A stretch of DNA of 64,000 nt, from the NCBI RefSeq assembly GCF_001194135.2, contig NC_068988.1, positions 95,674,421 through 95,738,420 of the forward strand. The letters are read 5' to 3'. A program made the position numbers and the translations under genes. Within the stretch, counting starts at the first letter, position 1. The number at the start of each line of letters is the position of its first letter. Source of the DNA: Octopus bimaculoides (taxonomy: Eukaryota). This document shows, one piece after another, positions 24,400 to 36,600 of this stretch. A model generated the notes under the pieces. The model did no database searches. It had not been told where the DNA came from and saw only the letters and a program-made list of their open reading frames with translations.

Positions 24400-25030
24400 C
24401 CTGGATTTGTGCCTCTTGTACTCCACCTGGGTTAACTCCCAACACTATCATTTCATACTGGAGCATATTGCTCCACGTCTTTCTTGGTCTTTTTCCTCCT
24501 CCTGGTGTCCACTCCATCATGACAGTATCATGTCTCCCCTGTGGTAATTGAAGCACACGGCTAGTTAACCATATCCGCTGCTTGGTCACCACATCCTACA
24601 AACTTCTTCTCGTCACCTCTTTCTATCTCTCTCTCTCTCTCTCTCTCTGTCCTGGTGAGAGATGCCCAGGGTTAAATGTAGGCAGCACCAATAGAACATG
24701 TCCAGCAGCTGAAAGATCTTCACTCTCTTCTTCCAAGTTTCAGAGGCTTAAGTGGCTCTAGGTATAACAATAATTGAGTATAGCTGCAGCTTTCTCTTCT
24801 TACTGATGGCTTTTGATCTCCATATTGGATGAAGGCATTCTAATAATTGACATTGCTTTACCCATCCTCGTCTTGACTTCAACTTCTGCATCAGTCCTGT
24901 TGGTGATACAGCTTCTGAGATAAGTAAACTTATTGGCATACTCTTTTCCATCTTGTCTGTGATTGACAAGTTGTGTCTTGGACACCTCCAGTTGACATAG
25001 CTTTGGTCCTTTCGGGGCTAATCTGCAGCC
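24400..25030 (-). mobile_element. Degenerate RTE-like LINE ORF2 C-terminal fragment
   Basis: Broken frames KFTYLRSCIT...EVEVKTRMGKA, SKAISKKRKLQLYS, EWTPGGGKRPRKTW. Confidence 0.6.
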
Positions 25031-26914
25031 CTGCTTTTGCCCCCAAGCTCTATCACTACCCTTTAACTTATATGTAGTATTGTACATTGTTACCAAATTT
25101 ATAATTGAAGTTATGAAGAAAGTAAACTTGCCTGTAGTTACAATAATGGATTGGAAATGGAAAATATAAAGATGACCTTCATAGTTTGCAGAATAGATGT
25201 TGGCTAATGCAACAGGAAGAGATTAAATATTCATATATTTGTCACACCTGACAGGAAGGTGTGGAACAATGCGAACATTGATCTCTTTTGCAGTCAAAAC
25301 AAATTGGACTTGTCAATGAATTGAACCAAATATGAATACTGCGAATATATGACCACTGTCTACACAGCAGTACAGCTATATCAGTAATAAATCTAGCATG
25401 GAATATGGAAGTTAAAATAATGATTTTTAATTTTGGTTACAGATAAGCTAAAAATTCAACATTAATTGGAATACAAACCTGTCAGAAGTAAAACTAAGGC
25501 ATTTAACACTTTATATCTAAGAAACCCATTTTGTGCCATATTTTCTCTTGCAACAGTGGTCTAATTTTGTTATAGATTATGCATTTAAAAAAACTGTTTT
25601 TTTTTAACCACATAATATGTTCTAGTTCACTAATATAAACTAATCTATTGATTTATAATATGGCTGTTACTGGTGTCTCTCCTGCAGTATAGAACAAATA
25701 TTATATTCATTCTGTATTGCAGGGGTCACTGGTGATACATGTTAAAAAATATTGAAATGTCCCTTATATCTGCATTTGTTTTGTGTTTTTTTTTTGGGGG
25801 GGGTTCTACAGATTAATTCTCAGATATATTATCTAAGCTTTAATGGTTACTTTTTCACAAAAATTATTTTATGGAGGGGCAGCATGTGAGACTCCAAATG
25901 AAAAAAGAACAAACATCACCATTAGGTGCCTGGTGTAGCCATCTGGTTTCACCAGTCCTCAGACAAATCGTCCAGCCCATGCTAGCATGGAAAGCAGACG
26001 TTAAACGATGATGATGATGTATCTGTGTGACATCTATAATAATAATAATGATAGATGTTTCAAATTTTGGCACAAGGCCAGCAATTTTTTGGTGTGGGGT
26101 TGGGGTGGGCTAAGTTGATTACATTCACTCCATTGCTCAACTGGTACCTATTTTGTCAGCCCCCAAGTGGATGAAAGGCAAAGTCGACCTTGTCACAGAA
26201 TTTGAACCTAGAAAACCTAAAGAGAGACAAATTGCTGCTAAGCATTTCTCCCACTACAGTAACAAACCTGCCCACTTGCTCGAAAGAGACAAGGCCTTGA
26301 AATTTTGTGGGGCAAGGAGCTATTGGCTCCAGTGCTTGACTGGGACTCATTTCATCATTTCTAAAAGAAGGAATGGCAAAGTTGACCATGGCAGAATTTC
26401 AACTCAGAATGTAAAGCAGCTTGTCACTTTACTACTAAGCCCTGATGTATTTGAGTGAATCATCCCAGCAGGTAGTGTCTTTTTCATCTATTTTTAGAAT
26501 GATGAAAGGCAAAGTCAGCTTGGGTAGCTGGGTAGCAATGATTGAATTTGGAATTTTCCAGATAAAAACCAACCACCTAACCGGCTTGCTTTCTCTCTAT
26601 ACATACCCAAATGTGTTTGTGTGTGTGTGTGTGGAGGGCATGTAAAATGCACCATTCAAGCGTGGTTGATGCCAGTGCCGTCTGACTGGCTCCCATGCAT
26701 TTGGCACATAAAAAGCTGGTCGTTGCCAGTACCACCNNNNNNNNNNNNNNNNNNNNNNNNNNNNNNNNNNNNNNNNNNNNTAGTGGCATGTAAAAAGCAC
26801 CCACTACACTCTTGAATTACATTAAGCAGTAATCTCTAACAGCATGGGATCTATGAGAAAGGATACAAGCATTGCCTCACTTATTTGCACAAAGAGATAT
26901 AACCATAACATACT

Positions 26915-27257
26915 CTTACTCTTTTACTTGTTTCAGTCATTTGACTGTGGCCATGCTGGAGCACCGCCTTTAGTCGAGCAAATCAACCCCAGGACTTATT
27001 CGTTGTAAGACTAGTACTTATTCTATCGGTCTCTCTTGCTGAACCACTAAGTGACAGGGACGTAAACACACCAGCATCGGTTGTCAAGCGATGTTGGGGG
27101 GACAAACATATACACACACATACATATACGATGTTCTTCTTCCGGTTTCCGTCTACCAAATTCACTCACAAGGCTTTGGTCAGCCTGAGGTGCCACACAG
27201 TGGGACTGAACCTGGGACCATGTGGTTGGTAAGCAAGCTACTTACCACACAGCCACA
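26915..27257 (-). mobile_element. tRNA-derived SINE, same family
   Basis: Colinear with 19725-20095. Confidence 0.75.
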
Positions 27258-28496
27258 TTCTATCTGATGCTCTACTGATTCTACCAGTTCACTACCATAT
27301 GTGGTTTTAACTCACTACTGTAGCTTTATTGGTTAATCTTTTGAGATTTCTCTGCCACCAGATTTTTCTATTCATCACAGTGCAGTGATGTAGTTATTGA
27401 TTTCTTTGTTTGGCTCACAGACAGAAATTTGGAAGGCAGATGTGTAATCAGTTGGTGGAATGGTTGACTGGGACTTCATTTTATCAATGCCGGAGTAATT
27501 AAAAGACAATGTGTCCCCAGTATGTTTTGAGCCAGTAAATAGCATCAACAACATTTTATGTCTGTCTCTCATGCCTGTATGGGTTGGATGGTTTGATAAG
27601 ATCTGGCTGGATGCCCTTCCTAATGCCAACCACTTTACAGTGTGTACTGGGTGCTATTATACCTTACAGAATTTTTTAAAATCTAGGAAATGAAAAAGCA
27701 CCTTCCTTAAGTGGTAGTGAGGTGGTGGTTTTATGCCAGGTTTTGAAGGGGGTTCAGGTATGATAGCAGGACAAGCACGGGTGTCTTGCTATAGAGAAGA
27801 TACATGGCTACCCAGCATTATATAAGGGTGGGTGAGAGTAGCTTATAATGCAGATGAATTCAAGCAACCATCAAAGCCAAACGAAAATGGAAAATAGTTG
27901 TTAAAATGATGAAAGTGAATATGTTGTTAAGGCATTTATTTGTCTCTCATTTCTGCCAACTTAGCAGAGTCTGAGTGGTGTAAATATATTGTCCTGCATA
28001 AGAGAGGAGGTGATAGTAGAATTAAGAGAATATTTGTGAAGAGTTTAATTATCTTTAATTGAATTCCTTTCTGAGTTCAAATTGTATTGGGAGTTAAATT
28101 TATCTTTCATCCTTCTGAGATCAATAATATTATGAGAATCAATATATTGAAAGGTGATTGAATTGATTCTCCTCCTTTCTAAAAATTTCTGGTGCCACCA
28201 AATTGAAGAAATCAATATCGTTCAATATTTCTTGTATGTCCACATCATTCACTGTCATGTTTATTGTTGTTTAGCCTAAGGTCAGCCTTGTCTTAAGCAG
28301 ATGTTCCAACAGTGACCATCCTGACTATTTAGAGTCCTCTAATGTTTCCTCTTTTCTAAGAAGACCTGGAGTTTTAAGAAAGATTTATCTACCGTTTCTA
28401 GCATGTTCAGCAACCATATGGAATCTTTCTTGTTGGTTGGTATTAACATGTATTTGTCTAATATTTTTGTTATTTTTGACTATTTTGATAGACATA

Positions 28497-28900
28497 GGAG
28501 GGGCTGTGTGGTAAGTAGCTTGCTTACGAACCACATGGTTCCAAGTTCAGTCCCACTGCATGGCACTTTGGGCAAGTGTCTTCTACTATAGCATCAGGCC
28601 AACCAAAGCCTTGTGAGTGGATTTGGTACACAGAAACTGAAAGAAGCCCATCTTGTGTGTATATGTGTATATATATATATGTGTGTGTGTTTGTCTGATT
28701 GTTCTCATCCACCACTTGACAACTGGTGTTGGTGTGTTTACATCCCCATAACTTAGCAGTTTGGCAAAAAAGAATGATAGAATAAGTACCAGGCTTTAAA
28801 AAAATAAGTACTGGGGTCAATACATCCAGCTTAAAATTCTTCAAGGTGGTGCCACAGTATGCTCGCAGTCTAATGACTGAAAGAAGTAATAAAGAAAGCA
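28497..28900 (+). mobile_element. tRNA-derived SINE, same family, CpG-decayed
   Basis: Colinear with the above; most CpG sites read TG or CA. Confidence 0.75.
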
Positions 28901-29236
28901 CACACACACGTGTGCTCGCTCTAGTTGGCTTGAATGACAAAATACAGATTCCATTCATACTTCACAGAGTTGTGTGGTTAGCAATATGAATGATATAACA
29001 TTTATAGAAAACAATTATGTTATTAAAAAATGTCCTCTCGGGCATTCAGTTATAAAAAATAATGAGTATAAAACAAAAAATAGAACATACAAGAACAATT
29101 TGTTTGGTGGTGGTGGTGGTGGGGGAGGTTGGTAGTGAGACAGAATAAACCATTTCAGTAATATAAAAGTAATATTTATTTTTATGTTTTTTTTTTTCCT
29201 ATGTTTTCAGATCAGTTTTGTATATTTAATGAAAAG

Positions 29237-32200
29237 ATGTGGGCTAACCATTGGGGTTCTTGGCCATTACAGCAAGCAGCTTATCAGAATGTCCCGAGTG
29301 AACAAGGCAAGTAAAACAGACTCCACTTTTTTTCCTTTTCTTTTTTTTTTTTTTTTTTTTTTTTTTGCATTGTTCTCAAAATTTTTTTTTCAATCAGGAG
29401 AGTCTTCAGAATCAGTGTTTATCTTCAGTTTTGATAGCTTTAGCAGAGTTCCAGTTCCTTCTAAATATGGTATTGACCCCGCTAACTGGCTGGCTTTTTC
29501 TGTTCAGAGATTTGAAATTTACAATGGAGTCTGATGAATCACTCTTCAGTTTTATGGTGCTACCACTGCATTCTGTATTCATTCTATCATCCGTTGTAGG
29601 CCAGTGGTTCTCGACCCCTTCTCTTCCTATTTTACTTGGATGGGCATTTGTTTAAATATTCCTATATCATCATCATCATCTGGCACCCATGTTCCATGCT
29701 GGCTGTGGTTGGAAAGCTCAACAGGACTCAATAGGTCCAAGGACTGAATTGTGCTCCAATATCTACTTTGGCATGTCTTCTATGGCCAAGCAGGCCCTTC
29801 CTAATGTGGGTCATTTTACTAGTGAGGTCGCCATGCAGCTGGCAAGAGTGGGGTAACAGTAGAGAGGGAGGGGGGGCTTTATGCTAGGAGATGAGGGCTA
29901 AAGTATAAGAGAAGGAGATAGAAGAGAACAGGTTTCTTGTTGTAAGGGAGCTATATTGTTACTCATCATCATCATCATCATCATTGTTATTGTCTTGTAA
30001 ATGACCATTTCTTTTGTTTTTCTTTTTTTTTCCTTATAGTTGACTGGGCTGAATTGGCCAAACAATGGATTGCCCAACGCGAGGCAATGTCATCAGGGGC
30101 TGCTGCTGTTCAAGCAAATGAAGATACATCACAGGCACCTCCCCCTCCACCGCTGCAACAACAGACCCCATCACAGCAGCAGCAGCAGCAGCCCCCGCCA
30201 GCGCCACAATGCCAGCCACCTTTGCCAATGCATCAGATTTCTCAGACCCCTCCACCTCAGAGCACAGCTCCACCACCACCGCCACCACCCCTGTTTCCAC
30301 CTCTTCCCCCTGATGGTAAAAGTTCCGATGTTGAAACAACAGGCCCCCCACCTCAAATGATATTGGAACATGTCCCTCCACCTCCCCCACCTCATACGCA
30401 TGCCACCCAACCAAGTGGCAATGAAAACCAGAACGAAATGGATATCTCGGATGGAGAGAATGACACTAATCGGGACTCAGGTAGGCACAGTTTGTGTTTT
30501 TGTGTCTCCAGAGCAATTCTGGAAGAATCTTTGAGATATTTTGTAAACTAACTGAATGAATAGAATTAGATGGGAACTAAATAAAGAAATAACATTAGGA
30601 AGAAAAAAAAACAGGCAAAATGGGGGGGAGATACATGGCTACTTCTTGTTATATAAGGGAGGATAGGAGTATCTAGGAAGCAGGAGATAAAGTTGGTTGG
30701 GATGTGTTGCTAGAGGAAGGTGAGGATAAGAAAAAATTTGGACAGCGGCTCAGTGGGGGAAAGGAGGTGTGTGGGGTGGAGAGCAATTTAATAACACACA
30801 AAGCTGTAAAATTTATTTATGAGATGTTAAAATTTATGTCACTGCAGTTGCAGTGGAACTGTCTGAGCAGTTGTGTGATGAAGATTTTGACATCTCATAA
30901 ATTTAATTCAAAGTGAATTTAAACAGCATGGTGTGTTTTAATGGATTTTTCCATGATGTAGTTACTTCAGTTTTAACACAAGGTCTTCAATCAAATCATT
31001 CGGTAGACAAGTACATCTTTGAAATATATGAATCAGAATTAGATTTAGAGTAAAGGACTTCATTTTCCTACTCATTAACATCTAATTAATTTTCATGTTT
31101 GCACGAACGAGATGATTTTATTGTAGGAGAAATTATTTTTACAGCTGGAAGTTCTTTTCACTGACCATTCAACTGTAAAACAGAGGCGGAGTCTGTTTTG
31201 GGACAAACTAAATTCGATACTTTGCTCAAGGATGCAGAATAGTTGCTGTAGTAAGTGTTGAATTTAGGACCTTGTCATTAAGGTTCTAGGGTTATTGTTC
31301 TTCATAGAGACACACAATACACTTTGGTATATTAAAGGAATTGAAATCTACTTGAATGTCTTGAAGTTGTAGGTTAAAGTAATGTGATGGATCACAGCTT
31401 ATATTCTCATCAAAGTAGCTCTAAATAGTTGTCCTAAGGAGCAGTGAGGCATTTTGTGCGGGGTACTACTGTATTACTGAGATTAAAAGCTTGGTTAGAT
31501 TTCTAATGCTGAAGTCGAAATTGTTTCATGGTCCTGAGAGAGAAAACTCTTTATTGAATCTTCTCTGGAGAAGAGCTACTCAGAGTTTATCCAACAACTC
31601 AGTGTATTATAGAACATTATCATATAGATCATCATATTATCATCATTTAACATCTGCTTTCCATTTTGGCATGGATTGGACAGTTTGACAGGGGCTGACA
31701 AGCCAGAGAGAGCTACATCAGGCTCCAGTTGTCTGTGCCATGTAAAAAGTAGTTTGCAAGACAAAGACTGCTCAGCTGAGAGAGAGGAAAATGAGGGATG
31801 TAGCTGTGAGCAAGGTGAGAGGTTAGAGTGTAACAGGGGGACAGAGATAGTTGCCTTACTATAGAGGGGGTACTTGGCTACCCTGGAGAGGAAGGGGAGA
31901 AAGAATTAGAGAAGGGAACATGTGAAATGTATATACCTAAGCATAAACCTATAGAATTTCTTTCTTAAATGAATGGAACTGAAAATGATATTCAGTACGT
32001 TTGTATGAGACTCTGTTGTAATGTTGCAGGTAATATAAATGCAATTGTTTTTTGTTTGTTTTATTTTGAAATCCTGAAGTCTACAAAGGCCCAGCTTCAA
32101 TGCCTAGCCAACCGATGCCGGGCAACCTTCCTTTATTAAACCAGCCTCCCCCAAACCAACCAATCCCTGGAGACTGGAATTGGAATATGACTAACTGGAA

Positions 32201-33563
32201 TGTCCCTGGCCATCAAGGCTCAGGACCACCACAGTGGGGCATGCAGCATCACCCGGTCTCTGATCATAAGGTAGCTGAAATTCTCTCTCTCGCTCTCTCT
32301 CGCTCTCATATATATATATGTGTGTGTGTGTGTGTGTTATATATGCTATTGACTGTTATGAACATTTAAACTTGTCAACATCGAAATTTTTGAACATGTT
32401 TTTCTAATTCATAATTCTAAATTTGTCTGTTATGAACATTTAATTTTGTCAACATTGAAACTTTTAAAGATGTTTTTCTAATTCATAATTCTGAATTTTT
32501 ACCATTGATAAACAAAAAAATAATGTTGAACTAGTTTGATATACATGTAAATATTTATTTTAAACAATTACAAGTTTTTCAAATTTAGGTGCATTTTCAA
32601 CAACAAATTTGCCTGTACAGTTCTCTTTAAGAGATGAGGAATTATGTACATTATTTACATTTGACGGATGTCCTCATCTCGTTTGTTGTTGACACAATGT
32701 TTCAGCTGAGATACTCTCCAGCCGTCATCAGGTGTCTTGGGGAAATTTCCTTAGGAATGAGAACCCAGGTTCAAAATTACCCCAAGTCACTTGATGAAGG
32801 CTGGAGAGTATATCAGCCGAAACGTTGTGTTAACAACAAACAGGATGAGGACAAATATCCGTCAAATAATGTAAATTTGCCTATATATATTTGTGTGTGT
32901 TTATTTCTTCAATGACTTTGTTGATGTTTTGTATGAATGCAAGATTGAAACAACATTTGGGAATTGTTTAAAAGGAAATTTTCAATTTCGTCCGATTTTT
33001 AATGAAATTTAGTTTTTAAGATTTGAAAAATTTATTTAGTTTAAAATTTTCTTTTTTGACTTTCATTTAATTTCGTTCAGGATAATCAATCTTACAATTA
33101 CGTTCATGGCAACAACAACTTTCAACAAAATTTTGAATATCATCACCATAGCAACGAACAGTTTCGGTACCAGCAAGTGAGTTTGCCTAGACATGAACGC
33201 ATCCCCAGTCACAGACATCATGTCAATAGTGTAAGTACATTTTCCATTTAGGTTCTGATGATTGTCTGAAGGATTTCCAGACTGAGGTTATTTATGTTTT
33301 TCCATTCTATGTGTTTCTATGCTGCTGCCAACGTTTTCCCCTTTGTTCCAATCCTTTTGTATGAGAATAGTAAGACTATGAAAGATCTTTTATGGGGTTT
33401 TGAAATATGAATACAAGGTGCAGGCATGGTGGTGTGGTAAGAAGTTAGCTTCCCAGCCACACAGTTTTGGGTTCACTCCCACTGCATAACACCTTGGGTA
33501 AGTGTATTCTATTATAGCTTCATACCAGCCAAGTGGATTTGGTAGAAGGAAACTGAAAGAAGC

Positions 33564-33606
<43 letters not shown>

Positions 33607-36600
33607 AACCAAATAGTGAGGGATTATCAATCCAGGCAAAATACTTAATAAGCTCTCTGTTGGCACATCAGGCTAACAATATTACTTAGATAATGAAGAA
33701 CTCCAGGTAATCTTGTGGTAGGGACCCTAAAGGAGTATCTAATGACCATTATTTTTAACTTGTTTCTTATATACAGGCTGAACCAAAAGTAGGCGGACAG
33801 TAGGTTGAATAGGGTTTGTGTTAGGGTTATAGTCTAACTTGCGTTGATAACATTTTCAGTGTTTTTGTATTGTATTATTGTATGCAATAAAATTTAATTG
33901 TATATGTAATAATTGTTTATCAAAATTTAATTGTCATCATCATCATCATCATCATCGTTTAACGTCCGCTTTCCATGCTAGCACGGGTTGGACGATTTGA
34001 CTGAGGACTGGTGAAACCGGATGGCAACACCAGGCTCCAGTCTGATTTGGCAGAGTTTCTACAGCTGGATGCCCTTCCTAACGCCAACCACTCAGAGAGT
34101 GTAGTGGGTGCTTTTACGTGTCACCCGCACGAAAACGGCCACGCNNNNNNNNNNNNNNNNNNNNNNNNNNNNNNNNNNNNNNNNNNNNNNNNNNNNNNNN
34201 NNNNNNNNNNNNNNNNNNNNNNNNNNNNNNNNNNNNNNNNNNNNNNNNNNNNNNNNNNNNNNNNNNNNNNNNNNNNNNNNNNNNNNNNNNNNNNNNNNNN
34301 NNNNNNNNNNNNNNNNNNNNNNNNNNNNNNNNNNNNNNNNNNNNNNNNNNNNNNNNNNNNNNNNNNNNNNNNNNNNNNNNNNNNNNNNNNNNNNNNNNNN
34401 NNNNNNNNNNNNNNNNNNNNNNNNNNNNNNNNNNNNNNNNNNNNNNNNNNNNNNNNNNNNNNNNNNNNNNNNNNNNNNNNNNNNNNNNNNNNNNNNNNNN
34501 NNNNNNNNNNNNNNNNNNNNNNNNNNNNNNNNNNNNNNNNNNNNNNNNNNNNNNNNNNNNNNNNNNNNNNNNNNNNNNNNNNNNNNNNNNNNNNNNNNNN
34601 NNNNNNNNNNNNNNNNNNNNNNNNNNNNNNNNNNNNNNNNNNNNNNNNNNNNNNNNNNNNNNNNNNNNNNNNNNNNNNNNNNNNNNNNNNNNNNNNNNNN
34701 NNNNNNNNNNNNNNNNNNNNNNNNNNNNNNNNNNNNNNNNNNNNNNNNNNNNNNNNNNNNNNNNNNNNNNNNNNNNNNNNNNNNNNNNNNNNNNNNNNNN
34801 NNNNNNNNNNNNNNNNNNNNNNNNNNNNNNNNNNNNNNNNNNNNNNNNNNNNNNNNNNNNNNNNNNNNNNNNNNNNNNNNNNNNNNNNNNNNNNNNNNNN
34901 NNNNNNNNNNNNNNNNNNNNNNNNNNNNNNNNNNNNNNNNNNTCTCTCTTGCACGCCACAACTGATGCTTCTAATGTTCAGCTTTTCTCTCAAGATACTT
35001 ACACTCTGACGGGTATTCACATTGACATTACACATCCAACGGAGCATACTGGCTTCATTCCTTGCGAGCTTACGTATGTCCTCAGCAGTTACAGCCCATG
35101 TTTCACTGCCATGTAGCATGGTTGTTCGTACGCATGCGTCATACAGTCTGCCTTTTACTCTGAGTGAGAGTCCCTTTGTCGCCAGCAGGGGTAAGAGCTC
35201 TCTAAACTTTGCCCAGGCTATTCTTATTCTAGCAGCTACACTTTCAGCGCACCCATCCCCACTACTAACTTGGTCGCCCAGATAGCGGAAGCTATCGACT
35301 ACCTCTAGTTTTTCGTAATAATTGTTTATCAAAATTTAGTTGTATTAGTATGTGATCTCATAATAAATGTTATCATTTACTGTTCAACTGCTTTTGGTTC
35401 ACCCTGTAAATATATATAACATCATCAACATTTAACACCTGTTTTGATGACTATGATATATATATGACAGGCTTTTTTGTTGTATGTGTCTGCGTTTGCC
35501 CCCCACCCCTTTCACTGCTTGACAACCAGTGCTGGTGTGTTTATGTCTCCATAACTTAGTGGTTCAGCAAAAAAAGACCAATAGACTAAGTACCGGGCTT
35601 CTTAACCCTTTTGTTACTGTATTTATTTTCAGATGCTCTGTGTTTTTTTCTATTATTTTAAATATAACAAAGAATTTAGTAAAATAACTTTGTTATCACT
35701 AAGCTAGAGTTAGGAACATAAATTGCGACTAAAGTTTGGTGGAAGATTTTTATTCAAAACTTATGAAAACAAGACATTTGTACTACAGAGCAGAGCTGGT
35801 TTCAGCTGGGTTGGTAACGAAAGGGTTAAAAAAATTAAGTTCTAAGGTTGATTTGTTTGACTAAAATTCTTCAAGGTAGTGCCCCAGCATGGCTGTAGTG
35901 AAATGACTGAGACAAGTAAAAGATAAAAGATTCAATCCTTACTATTTTAGTGCTTTTATTCATGTAGCTGTTGGCTGTTCCTTCAATATTGCACCCTATA
36001 CATAATCATGTCTATATACATTTATTGCTATTTTGATTGTTGCTGCCTTGCAGTCTTGATAAGCTTTATTAGCATTATATAACAAACTGCCCTGAACTCC
36101 ATTCACATAAATCAGCATATATAAGATACAAAATATCTTGGCTGACGCCAGTCCTGCACGACTGGCTCCTTTGCTGCTAGCATGTAAAAAGCTCCATTTG
36201 AGCGTAGCCAATGCGAGCGAGTGCTGGTGGCACATGAAAAGCACCATTCGGATGTGGTCGATGCCTGTGCCACTTGACGGACTCCCTTGCTGGTGGCACG
36301 TAAAAAGCACCATTTGAGCATGGTCAGTGCCAGTGCTGCCTGGCTGCCGGTGGTACACAAAAAGCACCCACTACACTCTCGGAGTGGTTGGTGCTAGGAA
36401 GGGCATCCAGCTGTAGAAACTCTGCCAGATCAAATTGGAGCCTGGTGCAGCCTACTGGCTTGCCAGTCCTCAGTCAAACCGTCCAGCCCATGCCAGCATG
36501 AGAAGCAGACGTTAAACGATGATGATGATGATTTTTTTTTTTTTTGTTTATTGTCCATTATGTTTATGTATTTCCAATAATGGAGGAGAAATGAACATCT

